Source: Sedimentisphaerales bacterium
GTDB lineage: Bacteria; Planctomycetota; Phycisphaerae; Sedimentisphaerales; Anaerobacaceae
Direction of reading: 5' to 3'
Assembly (NCBI GenBank): GCA_963708075.1
Contig: OY970194.1
Location: 5,792,001 to 5,856,000 of the forward strand
DNA length: 64,000 nucleotides
The position numbers and the translations under genes were made by a program. Numbering within the stretch: the stretch's first letter is position 1; each line of letters starts with the position of its first letter. The notes below the pieces were generated by a model. The model worked only from the letters and a program-made list of their open reading frames with translations, had not been told where the DNA came from and ran no database searches. Shown here in pieces: positions 20,950 through 29,049 of the stretch.

Positions 20950-21024
20950 GGTAGGCATTGGTAGGCATTGGTAGGCATTGGTAGGCATTGGTAGGCATTG
21001 GTAGGCATTGGTAGGGTAGGCATT
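20950..21024. repeat. 10-bp tandem repeat (GGTAGGCATT) x6 plus partial copies
   Basis: Six consecutive GTAGGCATTG units, then GTAGGGTAGGCATTG running directly into the 264-bp element. Confidence 0.95.
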
Positions 21025-21287
21025 GGGGGTCACACCTACACATTTCACTTTCCTCATAGTTCCTTCCCTGTCTGCCCAGGGGCCAGCAGGTCGCTTACGT
21101 CACGCCGATAGAGTACCACTGGTGCCCTGAAACCGCAAGGGGACTTTCATTCTCTCCCGTCTCCCGAACATCACGCATGACCCCCAGTTTAGGCAGGGGC
21201 ATTTTCTTTTGCCGCACGATCAGAAAGCCACTTGCCCCGGGAGCGCGCCTCCGATGCACAATGTGAAATGTGTAGGTGTGACCCCCA
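21024..21287. mobile_element. 264-bp non-autonomous element (MITE-like), copy 1, with 25-bp perfect terminal inverted repeats
   Basis: TGGGGGTCACACCTACACATTTCAC (21024-21048) and GTGAAATGTGTAGGTGTGACCCCCA (21263-21287); direct-repeat copy at 23410; no internal transposase. Confidence 0.85.
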
Positions 21288-22235
21288 GTTGTTCTGTAAG
21301 GGATGACCCTCGAAGGCCCCCTCATTGCCCCCCCCTTTCGTTTCCCCTTTTGTCTCTTCCGCCTTACGCACACAACGAAAACCAGTAGCTCCACTTAATG
21401 AATACTTCCCCAAAGGATAGTTTGCACCACGATCACCACATATGAGGAACACATCTCGGTACGATCCGCCCCGAACCACTTTCATGCCGCCCACCTCTGG
21501 ACCATATGGGTTGTTGAGTGGACTGTTTTTATAATAGTCCCTGTCATACCAATCGCTACACCACTCCGCCGCATTTCCTAACATATCATAGAGTCCCCAC
21601 GGATTGGGCTTCTTCTGTCCGACAGGCAAGAGCTTGGGTAGTGGCCTATTCCACTTTCCAGTCTCTGCCATCGCTTCATTATACTCACCTCCATCTGACC
21701 AGTAATTGGCGTAGTCTATGGGGTCGTTGACATCATTTCCAAAGAAGTACTTGGTGCTGGTTCCCGCCCGGCAGGCATACTCCCATTCCGCCTCTGTAGG
21801 AAGTCGATATCCATTCTTGCTGAAATCACACTCCCAAGTGCTCACGTCATAACATGGCTGCAAACCCTCTGCCGCGGACCTGACATTGCAGTATCGCACG
21901 GCATCGAACCAGGAGACTCTGGTCACAGGATAGTCCTTGCCAATCGAAGAACTGTCAATCTCTGGAGGTTCTTCACGTAATCCTCTCTTGGTATCAGAGG
22001 GATTTTCCCGCATCAGGGCGATATACACCCCTTGGGTGACTTCATACTTATCGATGAAGAAGGCATCGACATGGACCTTATGTACAGGCTCAGAATCCTT
22101 CACCCACTCTGACACATGTCCCATCATAAAGGAGCCCGCAGAGACACGAACCATATCATCCCTACTGGCAGCATGGCTCACTGATGCCACGTGCATTGAC
22201 ACAAGAAGGCACAAAAGACAACATCGACCACGCAT
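21189..22235 (-). CDS. Formylglycine-generating enzyme (SUMF1/FGE-sulfatase) family secreted protein, paralog 1
   Basis: GSFMMG, FFIDKYEVT, PVTRVSWFDAVRYCN, YRLPTEAEWEYACRAG, PNPWGLYDMLGN, RGGSY and GFRCVR. The natural stop is probably TGA at 21322-21324 if the G8 run is really G9. Confidence 0.88.
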   Translation of the reverse strand: MRGRCCLLCLLVSMHVASVSHAASRDDMVRVSAGSFMMGHVSEWVKDSEPVHKVHVDAFFIDKYEVTQGVYIALMRENPSDTKRGLREEPPEIDSSSIGKDYPVTRVSWFDAVRYCNVRSAAEGLQPCYDVSTWECDFSKNGYRLPTEAEWEYACRAGTSTKYFFGNDVNDPIDYANYWSDGGEYNEAMAETGKWNRPLPKLLPVGQKKPNPWGLYDMLGNAAEWCSDWYDRDYYKNSPLNNPYGPEVGGMKVVRGGSYRDVFLICGDRGANYPLGKYSLSGATGFRCVRKAEETKGETKGGGNEGAFEGHPLQNNWGSHLHISHCASEARSRGKWLSDRAAKENAPA

Positions 22236-23155
22236 TATCTCCCTTTCATCTCCCGCTCTGTTTCCTCTTTTGTCTCTTCCGCCTTGCGAACACAACGAAA
22301 CCCAATAGTCCCGCTTACTGACTTCCTACCCAAAGGGTATCCTGCATTCCGAATAGCACACGCTACCAGACCGCCTTCATCTCTATAGCTTCCCCCTCTG
22401 ACAACTTTCATTACGCCGTGCTCCGGGCCCTTTGGATTGTCTTCAGGACTGCGCCCATAGTAGTTCTCGTCATACCAATCATTGCACCACTCTTCCGCAT
22501 TCCCCAACATATCATGAAGTCCCCATGGGTTCGGTTTCTTCTGCCCTACAGGAACCAGCCGCGGAAGCGGTTCATCCCACTTTTGCCCCTCAGCCATCAC
22601 TTCATAGTAGGTCTCGCCCCCTTTCCAATAATTGGCATACAGGATGAGTGCGTTCGCATCCTCGCCGTGGAAATATTCCGTAGTGGTTCCGGCCCGGCAG
22701 GCATACTCCCATTCCGCCTCCGTAGGAAGTCGATATCCATTCTTGCTGAAATCACACTCCCACGTACTCGCGTCGTAACACACCTCCAACCCCTCTGCCG
22801 CGGACCTGGCATTGCAGTATCGCACGGCATCAAACCAGGAGACTCTGGTCACAGGATAGTCCTTGCCAATCGAAGAACTGTCAATCATTGGAGGTTCTTC
22901 ACGTAATCCTCTCTTGATATCCGAGGGGTTCTCCCGCATCAGGGCGCTGTAAGCCCCTTGGGTGACTTCGTATTTATCGATGAAGAAGGCATCAACATGT
23001 ACCTTATGTTCAGGACGTTCTGGAATGCCTTGGGTACACCCCATGATGAAGGAGCCTGGGGAGACGTGAACCATCTCCGGCTGATTCGCGGCATGGCTAC
23101 ATAGAACAAATGCGAGTATCACCACTATACTGTATCTGTAATCCTGGCTTACCAT
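22235..23155 (-). CDS. FGE-sulfatase family secreted protein, paralog 2
   Basis: Same motifs as paralog 1; signal peptide; TAATG overlap with paralog 1. Confidence 0.9.
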   Translation of the reverse strand: MVSQDYRYSIVVILAFVLCSHAANQPEMVHVSPGSFIMGCTQGIPERPEHKVHVDAFFIDKYEVTQGAYSALMRENPSDIKRGLREEPPMIDSSSIGKDYPVTRVSWFDAVRYCNARSAAEGLEVCYDASTWECDFSKNGYRLPTEAEWEYACRAGTTTEYFHGEDANALILYANYWKGGETYYEVMAEGQKWDEPLPRLVPVGQKKPNPWGLHDMLGNAEEWCNDWYDENYYGRSPEDNPKGPEHGVMKVVRGGSYRDEGGLVACAIRNAGYPLGRKSVSGTIGFRCVRKAEETKEETEREMKGR

Positions 23156-23169
23156 AACCACCCCTTTCA

Positions 23170-23405
23170 CTAGTTTGGGTCATAAACGGTTACCCAACGC
23201 CGACTTGTTATATTAAGGTCATTGGCATTGTAATATGCCTCAGCTGTTTCATGACGAAATTTCCCACTAACTGTATCCCCAGCGTAGGTCTGTGCTGTTG
23301 CGCCAGTTCCTGCGTTTTTGACCGTTTGCCAGTGCTTAAACACAGCACTTTCTTTTGTTACGCCATACTGCAATTCCAGTATCCAACCGCGACTGAGGTT
23401 ACAGG
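23170..23405 (-). pseudogene. 3' fragment of an unknown gene truncated by element copy 2
   Basis: ~78 codons open from the element boundary to TAG 23170, immediately upstream of FGE paralog 2. The only ATG lies inside the element flank. Confidence 0.55.
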
Positions 23406-23409
23406 GCAT

Positions 23410-23672
23410 TGGGGGTCACACCTACACATTTCACTTTCCTCATAGTTCCTTCCCTGTCTGCCCAGGGGCCAGCAGGTCGCTTACGTCACGCCGATAGAGT
23501 ACCACCGGTGCCCTGAAACCGCAAGGGGACTTTCATTCTCTCCCGTCTCGCGAACATCACGCATGACCCCCAGTTTAGGCAGGGGCATTTTCTTTTGCCG
23601 CACGATCAGAAAGCCACTTGCCCCGGGAGCGCACCTCCGATGCACAATGTGAAATGTGTAGGTGTGACCCCA
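23410..23672. mobile_element. 264-bp MITE-like element, copy 2
   Basis: Direct repeat of 21024-21287 with about three internal substitutions and a small change at the right end; same TIRs. Confidence 0.85.
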
Positions 23673-23827
23673 CGTTGTTCCGGCTTGTCTATCGTCCGGA
23701 GCACCCCTGTCCAAGTGAGAGACATGGGGGGGCAGCGGCCAGCAGAGCCATTCATGGGTCTTCGGCGCACCCGAATGAGGATGAAAATGCCATGCTCTTC
23801 GTGGGTCGTGCGTCCTCGCACGACCTT

Positions 23828-23958
23828 GGGCGAGCGGGGACGCTCGCCCTACGCGGAGATCTGTCCGGCGTATTTTCAGAGGAGTCTTCGGCGCTTGCCG
23901 ATGGCGTTGACGCACATCCCACGAGCCATCGGCAAGCTGCGCTTGCCGCTGCCACCCA
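23828..23958. repeat. CCTAC-ended REP and partial GGGTGGCA-family repeat
   Basis: GGGCGAGCGGGGACGCTCGCCCTAC and GCTTGCCGATGG...CCATCGGCAAGCTGCGCTTGCCGCTGCCACCC. Confidence 0.65.
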
Positions 23959-24017
23959 TCATGACCATTGAATCCGAAACAGCTTACACTCAGCTTGGCA
24001 CGCGTGGTCGTTTGGAG

Positions 24018-26936
24018 CTATTTCCCTTCGGTTGCGATGGGCAAGCGGAGGCGGACGCTGTAGAGCGAGGACCTGGCGGTGATGAACAGGGTCTTGCGGT
24101 CTTGGCCGCCGAAGACCAGGCAGGTGGGACGCTGGGGGACTTCGATGGTGTCGATCGGTTTGCCGGAGGGGTCGAAGACAAGAATCTGGCCGGCGGCGAT
24201 GTAGACGTTGCCATGATTGTCGGTCGTGACATTTTCCCCGCCCTCGGTGGCGAACAGCCTCGGGTCGGAGAGTGTGCTGTCCTCGCCTGCCTTGAAAGAC
24301 CACGTTTTCAGCTCTGCTTCGTTGGTCACGTAGAAGGGCCGTCCTGCGACGGCGGGGGCCAGTCTGAAGGCGCGCAGCACGTCGGCCATCTTGGTGCCCC
24401 ACATCATGGCCCCGGAGGTAAAGTCCTTGCCGGCGGGAATGAACGTGGTGCCGTCAGGCGAGAGGTAGTGGAACGGCTTGGGCGTGGTCGAGTCCCGCAG
24501 GAACTCGTCATCGCCCATCCACCGATTCACCGGCAGGACCGCCGTCATCCCGGGGCGCGGTGCGGCAGGCTGAGGCGTCAGAGTCACGATCTCGCTGTCG
24601 TTGACATCCGGGCGGAAGGCAAGCACCGTCCCATTGCCGGCGTAGCAGACGACCAGCAGGTTGCCCGCCTTGTCAAACGCCAGTTGGGTGGGCTGCTGCG
24701 GGATCTCACGGACCCGCTCCGTGCGGCGGTTCTCCGGCGACCAGCGGTAAATGCGGTTCTCACGAGCGTCGGCGAAGTAGACGTTGCCCTTGGCATCCAC
24801 GGCGGCTCCGGCGATGTTCAAGAACCCATCGGCGAGCTTCTCGACCTTCGCTCCGTCAGCGAGGACGGTTGAACTTGATTGCGGCTTTGCGGGGAGCGGA
24901 TCGCCGGAGATATCCAGCAGGGCGAACTCGGAGTCACGGACCTCGACATTGGCCGTCGCATCGAAGATCGTGCTGTCGAAGGAGACTTTGCTGTTGCTGT
25001 AGCAGTGGACGTTTCGGAAGCGGATGTCACGGGACTCGCTGACCTTCGTCGCATACGGGAACGGCACGAAGCAACTGATCACACGGTAGAAGAAGGTGTT
25101 GGCGAACTGAATGTCGCTGCAGCGGTCGATCTCCAGGGGCAGGGCCTTCGGACCTTCTTCCCGCTCTTCCTCGAATTGCACTGCGTAGAATCGCCAGTGG
25201 GAAGCGTTGCGAAGGATCATCTCGTTGGTGACGTGGTGCTCCAGGGACATCGCGTACACTCGGCCGCTGGTGGACGTGTCCGAAACGAGCATCCCGGCCT
25301 GTGCGTAGGGGCTGGGCGTCCAGATGTCCTTGAAGGTCCCGCCGCCGCCATCGGTAACCCAGAGGCTGGCGTACTGGCTGTTCCATGCCTCGCGATTGCC
25401 GAGCCTGCCGAAGCCGCCGCGTTCGCCGGGAACCCTTGTGCCGTGCCCGCCATGCAGGCGGACGTCGTTCATCATGGAATTCGCCCCGGCCATCCATTTC
25501 ACACCGACGGCCCGGGAATTGACCGCGCCGGTATAGACCCCGATGCCCGTGACGATATTGGTGCCACCTTTTGGGGCCTCGATGACCGGCTTGGGTTCGC
25601 CGGGCCCTTGGAACGCAGGCGTCTTGTCCGGCAGGTTGATCACCGTGGCCGACGGGTGAAGACCGATCAGCACGGTGTCCGGCCGGAGCGTCAGCGTGTC
25701 ACTGACACAGTACCATCCCATCGGCAGATAGAGCGTTCGGTGCTTGGCAATGGCTTCTTTGAGAGCCGCCGTATCGTCGGTTTTGCCGTCGCCGGTCACA
25801 CCCAGCGTTCGGACGTTGATCCATGTCGCCGGGTCGGGCAGGATGGGGATATCCGACTCTATCAGCGCAGCCAGGGCGGGTGCCTCGTGGGCCGCCAGGG
25901 TGGTCTTGATCTGCCGGGCAGCACCCATACCGGCGAGGTGCAGCCCGTGGGTGAACTGCTCGACCACATAGACAGGCCCGACCCCTGCGACTGTCTTGCC
26001 GCTCTCGCGGAAGCCGGCGAGGACCGGCACTCCCTTGCACGCGACGTTTTGCAGGTTGATCTGGGTCCGGGCGCTTCTCTCGTCGCTGATGATCAGGGCC
26101 GGTCCGGTGATGTTCTCCAGGCGCGCGTCGCTGATCCAGAGTTCGTCGGGGTGGCCCGGGACGAGGGAGACTGCCGTGGGGATGTTCCTGAATTGCGGGC
26201 GCACGACGGTCAATCCGGCCTGTTGATCGCTGATGGCCGCGACAGTCTGGTCTTCGAACGTGCAGTCGATCACGAGAATGGGCCAGCCGGGGGCGGAGCG
26301 TTTCGTGATGATGCCGTACTGGCCGCCGTGGAAGTGGAGGTCTTCAACCTCGTTACCGATGTCTTCGAGTCCCGCCCGGGCCGAGCCGAGCCGGAAATCC
26401 ATGTGAGCGAGGTAGCAGTGCTGGGCCACGTGGAAGCGGACGCCGACGGCCGCGGGATTGCCCGGCCCGATCTCGATGTCGATGTTGCTCATGGCGCTAT
26501 AGAACGTGCCGGCGCCGCCGTCCTGAGGAGGGCCGTCATTCCTGCCCCGCCCGCCGGAAAAGAAGAGCATGTACTTGCCTGTCCCATCATGGAAACCGGG
26601 AGTATTCTCGGCGAGGGTCAGGACCGGCCGGGTGTCGCCGTAGCCGATCAGGCGGATGCCGGGCCAGACGTAGACGGTCTTCGTGAGGCGATAGGTCCCC
26701 TTCGGGATGAACAGGACGCCGGCCCCGGTGCCGGAGGCGACCTTGTCGATCGCTTGCTGCAGGGCCGTGGAATCGTCCCCGACTCCATCGCCATGTACGG
26801 GGAAATCCTTTTGAGTCAGGTAGACCGCCGCCGGGTCGTCCAGGCGTTCGGGATAGAACGAGGCCCCGTTGAGAAGTCCGGGTAACAACACGATAGATGC
26901 GAAGAAGAACCACGCCAGGATAGATCTGTGAGCCAT
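24018..26936 (-). CDS. Secreted beta-helix glycoside hydrolase-like protein (two pectate_lyase_3/GH55-type modules) fused to an SMP-30/gluconolactonase beta-propeller
   Basis: Two GDGxxDDxxALxxAI...GxY motifs; C-terminal GENVTTDNHGNVYIA...PTCLVFGGQDRKTLFITARSSLY; signal peptide. Confidence 0.8.
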   Translation of the reverse strand: MAHRSILAWFFFASIVLLPGLLNGASFYPERLDDPAAVYLTQKDFPVHGDGVGDDSTALQQAIDKVASGTGAGVLFIPKGTYRLTKTVYVWPGIRLIGYGDTRPVLTLAENTPGFHDGTGKYMLFFSGGRGRNDGPPQDGGAGTFYSAMSNIDIEIGPGNPAAVGVRFHVAQHCYLAHMDFRLGSARAGLEDIGNEVEDLHFHGGQYGIITKRSAPGWPILVIDCTFEDQTVAAISDQQAGLTVVRPQFRNIPTAVSLVPGHPDELWISDARLENITGPALIISDERSARTQINLQNVACKGVPVLAGFRESGKTVAGVGPVYVVEQFTHGLHLAGMGAARQIKTTLAAHEAPALAALIESDIPILPDPATWINVRTLGVTGDGKTDDTAALKEAIAKHRTLYLPMGWYCVSDTLTLRPDTVLIGLHPSATVINLPDKTPAFQGPGEPKPVIEAPKGGTNIVTGIGVYTGAVNSRAVGVKWMAGANSMMNDVRLHGGHGTRVPGERGGFGRLGNREAWNSQYASLWVTDGGGGTFKDIWTPSPYAQAGMLVSDTSTSGRVYAMSLEHHVTNEMILRNASHWRFYAVQFEEEREEGPKALPLEIDRCSDIQFANTFFYRVISCFVPFPYATKVSESRDIRFRNVHCYSNSKVSFDSTIFDATANVEVRDSEFALLDISGDPLPAKPQSSSTVLADGAKVEKLADGFLNIAGAAVDAKGNVYFADARENRIYRWSPENRRTERVREIPQQPTQLAFDKAGNLLVVCYAGNGTVLAFRPDVNDSEIVTLTPQPAAPRPGMTAVLPVNRWMGDDEFLRDSTTPKPFHYLSPDGTTFIPAGKDFTSGAMMWGTKMADVLRAFRLAPAVAGRPFYVTNEAELKTWSFKAGEDSTLSDPRLFATEGGENVTTDNHGNVYIAAGQILVFDPSGKPIDTIEVPQRPTCLVFGGQDRKTLFITARSSLYSVRLRLPIATEGK

Positions 26937-27020
26937 GCCATGTCCCCTCAACAGAGTGTTGACAGAATTTCCGTGACTGGAGGGATTATGGCGCTTTGGC
27001 TCGCGCAATTCAATGGCCTA

Positions 27021-27070
27021 TTGGTCCATTGGACTCGGTGGACTTAGTGGACGCATAGGACCTATGGGAC
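27021..27070. repeat. Degenerate 9-bp GGAC-periodic repeat
   Basis: TTGGACTCGGTGGACTTAGTGGACGCATAGGACCTATGGGAC; a similar tract lies at 53223-53260. Confidence 0.55.
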
Positions 27071-27083
27071 GCACTGCGATCGC

Positions 27084-28325
27084 CTACTTGGCGGCTTTGG
27101 CTTTGCGGATGGGCCTTTGCTGGATGTATCGGCTGATGTTGCGGACGGCCTGGCGCAGGCGATGCTCGTTCTCCACCAGCGCGATGCGCACGTAGCCCTC
27201 GCCGTTCTCGCCGAAGGCCGCGCCGGGGGCGACGGCAACTTCCGCGTGCTCGATGAGATCCAGTGCGTAATCGATCGTGCCTTTGCCGTTGAGGTGCTCG
27301 TCGGGAATGCGTGCCCAGACGAACATGCCTGCCCGCGGCTTCTCGACCTGCCAGCCGATCCGCTGCAGGCCGTCGCAGAGGACGTCCCGCCGCTTCTGGT
27401 ACTTGAGGTTCTGGGCGACGACGTCTTTGTCGCAGTGTCTCAACGCGATGATGCCGGCGATCTGGATCGCCTGGAACATGCCGTAATCGTAGTAGCCCTT
27501 GATCGTCGCCAGGTAGTCGATCATCTGCTTGTTGCCGGCGACGAAACCAACGCGGAAACCGGCCATATTATAGGGCTTGCTCATTGTGGTGAACTCGACG
27601 CCGACGTCCTTGGCCCCTTTGGCGGAGAGGAAACTGGGGGCTTTGTAGCCGTCGAAGAGCGTCTCGCCGTAGGCGAAGTCGTGGATGACCTGGAACTTGA
27701 AGTGTCGGGCCAGATCGACGACCGGCTCGAAGAAGCCCGGATCGACCGTCATGGAGGTCGGATTGTGCGGGTAGTTCAGGATCAGCAGCTTCGGCTTGGG
27801 GAACAGATGCTCGCACACCATCGCGATGGTGTCGAGGAACTTCTGATCGTTGCCGAGCGGGACGGTGATGACATTCGCCCCCGCCAGGACGACGCCGTAG
27901 CAGTGGATCGGGAAGGCCGGATCGGGCACGACCGCCGTGTCGCCGGGACCCAGCATCGCCAGGCACAGGTGGCTGAAGCCTTCCTTCGAGCCGATGCAGG
28001 CGAGCACTTCCTTCTCCGGATCGAGCTCGACGTCCCATTTCTGGGCATACTTCTTGGCCATTTCCTTGCGGAGATTCGTGATGCCCTTGGAGGCGCTGTA
28101 GCGATGGTTGCGAGGCTGTCTGGCGGCCTCGCAGAGCTTCTCGACCACGAGCGGCGGAGCGCCGTCCGTAGGGTTGCCCATCCCCAGGTCGATGAGGTCG
28201 GCCCCTTGCTGCCTCTTGGCGTGCTTGAGCGCATTGATCCGTCCAAACAGGTACGGCGGCAGGCGGGTGATCCGCTGCGCCGGTTCAATCCGATACTCGT
28301 CGTTGTTCTTACCGCTCTTCACCAT
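27084..28325 (-). CDS. Class I/II PLP-dependent aminotransferase (AlaC / LL-DAP-like)
   Basis: RLPPYLF, DLGMGNP, GSKEG, LNYPHNPT, HDFAY and TMSKPYNMAGFRVG (PLP Lys), GEGYVRIALV. Confidence 0.9.
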   Translation of the reverse strand: MVKSGKNNDEYRIEPAQRITRLPPYLFGRINALKHAKRQQGADLIDLGMGNPTDGAPPLVVEKLCEAARQPRNHRYSASKGITNLRKEMAKKYAQKWDVELDPEKEVLACIGSKEGFSHLCLAMLGPGDTAVVPDPAFPIHCYGVVLAGANVITVPLGNDQKFLDTIAMVCEHLFPKPKLLILNYPHNPTSMTVDPGFFEPVVDLARHFKFQVIHDFAYGETLFDGYKAPSFLSAKGAKDVGVEFTTMSKPYNMAGFRVGFVAGNKQMIDYLATIKGYYDYGMFQAIQIAGIIALRHCDKDVVAQNLKYQKRRDVLCDGLQRIGWQVEKPRAGMFVWARIPDEHLNGKGTIDYALDLIEHAEVAVAPGAAFGENGEGYVRIALVENEHRLRQAVRNISRYIQQRPIRKAKAAK

Positions 28326-29049
28326 ATCCGAATCCAACACCTGTAAAGCGGCCGGCGGGTGACCGGCCTCATTCATATCCCGATTCATGGACCTCACGGT
28401 GGCAGCATGTCCATACTTACCTGAGCCGGCCGGGCTCACCTCTGTACAGATCGGGCACACTGCCTGCCCCACGGCAACCCGGTATTTTACCATGTCACTG
28501 ATCAATTGCAAAGGTTCACTCACCGGGCTTCCAGGGCTTACGCATCTAAATTGGAATCGGGCTTCTTGCCCGCGAAAACGCCTATCGGACGCTCACAAGT
28601 TCGGTGGCCCGGCCGATCCGTGATCCGAGCTTTCCGCGTTTCCGCGCCAATAGTCAGCGTCGAACAATTTAGATGCGATAGCCCTGACCGGGCTTCTACC
28701 ATTTCCCCTAAACTCGCGAACCATGTGCCCGCGCGAATAGCCGTTATTACCTTCGGCCGTGGTCATTTGAATGCTATAGCCATTTTGGGGGAAAGGGCTG
28801 TACGCCGTGAACAAAAGATAATCTGCCGACGCATAGAAGTATCGAAACCACGTAAGACTGAGCGGGACCTTGCGGTGGCACGTCTTGTGCGGTACATTGG
28901 TCGTCTATGACTCAAGGAGTTGGGTGGATGCCTGCAGAATGCCGGCCGGCGGCCGGAGGGGTCCCTCGGAGGCTTTTGGCACAGGAGATGGCTTGGCTAT
29001 GGATGTTGCTGCGAATCGATCGCAACCGGAAAAGCCCAGATTGGAGACC

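Noticed and set aside
21189..23155. Diversity-generating retroelement targeting the FGE genes
   Set aside because: No reverse transcriptase and no non-coding template repeat in the window. Paralog differences include indels and are not adenine-restricted. A remote DGR cannot be excluded.
20950..23672. CRISPR array
   Set aside because: The 10-mers have no spacers, the 264-bp repeats are far too long and only two, and no cas genes are present.
28330..29040. ncRNA or small genes in the divergent intergenic region
   Set aside because: No recognisable RNA family motif, and the short ORFs lack convincing features.
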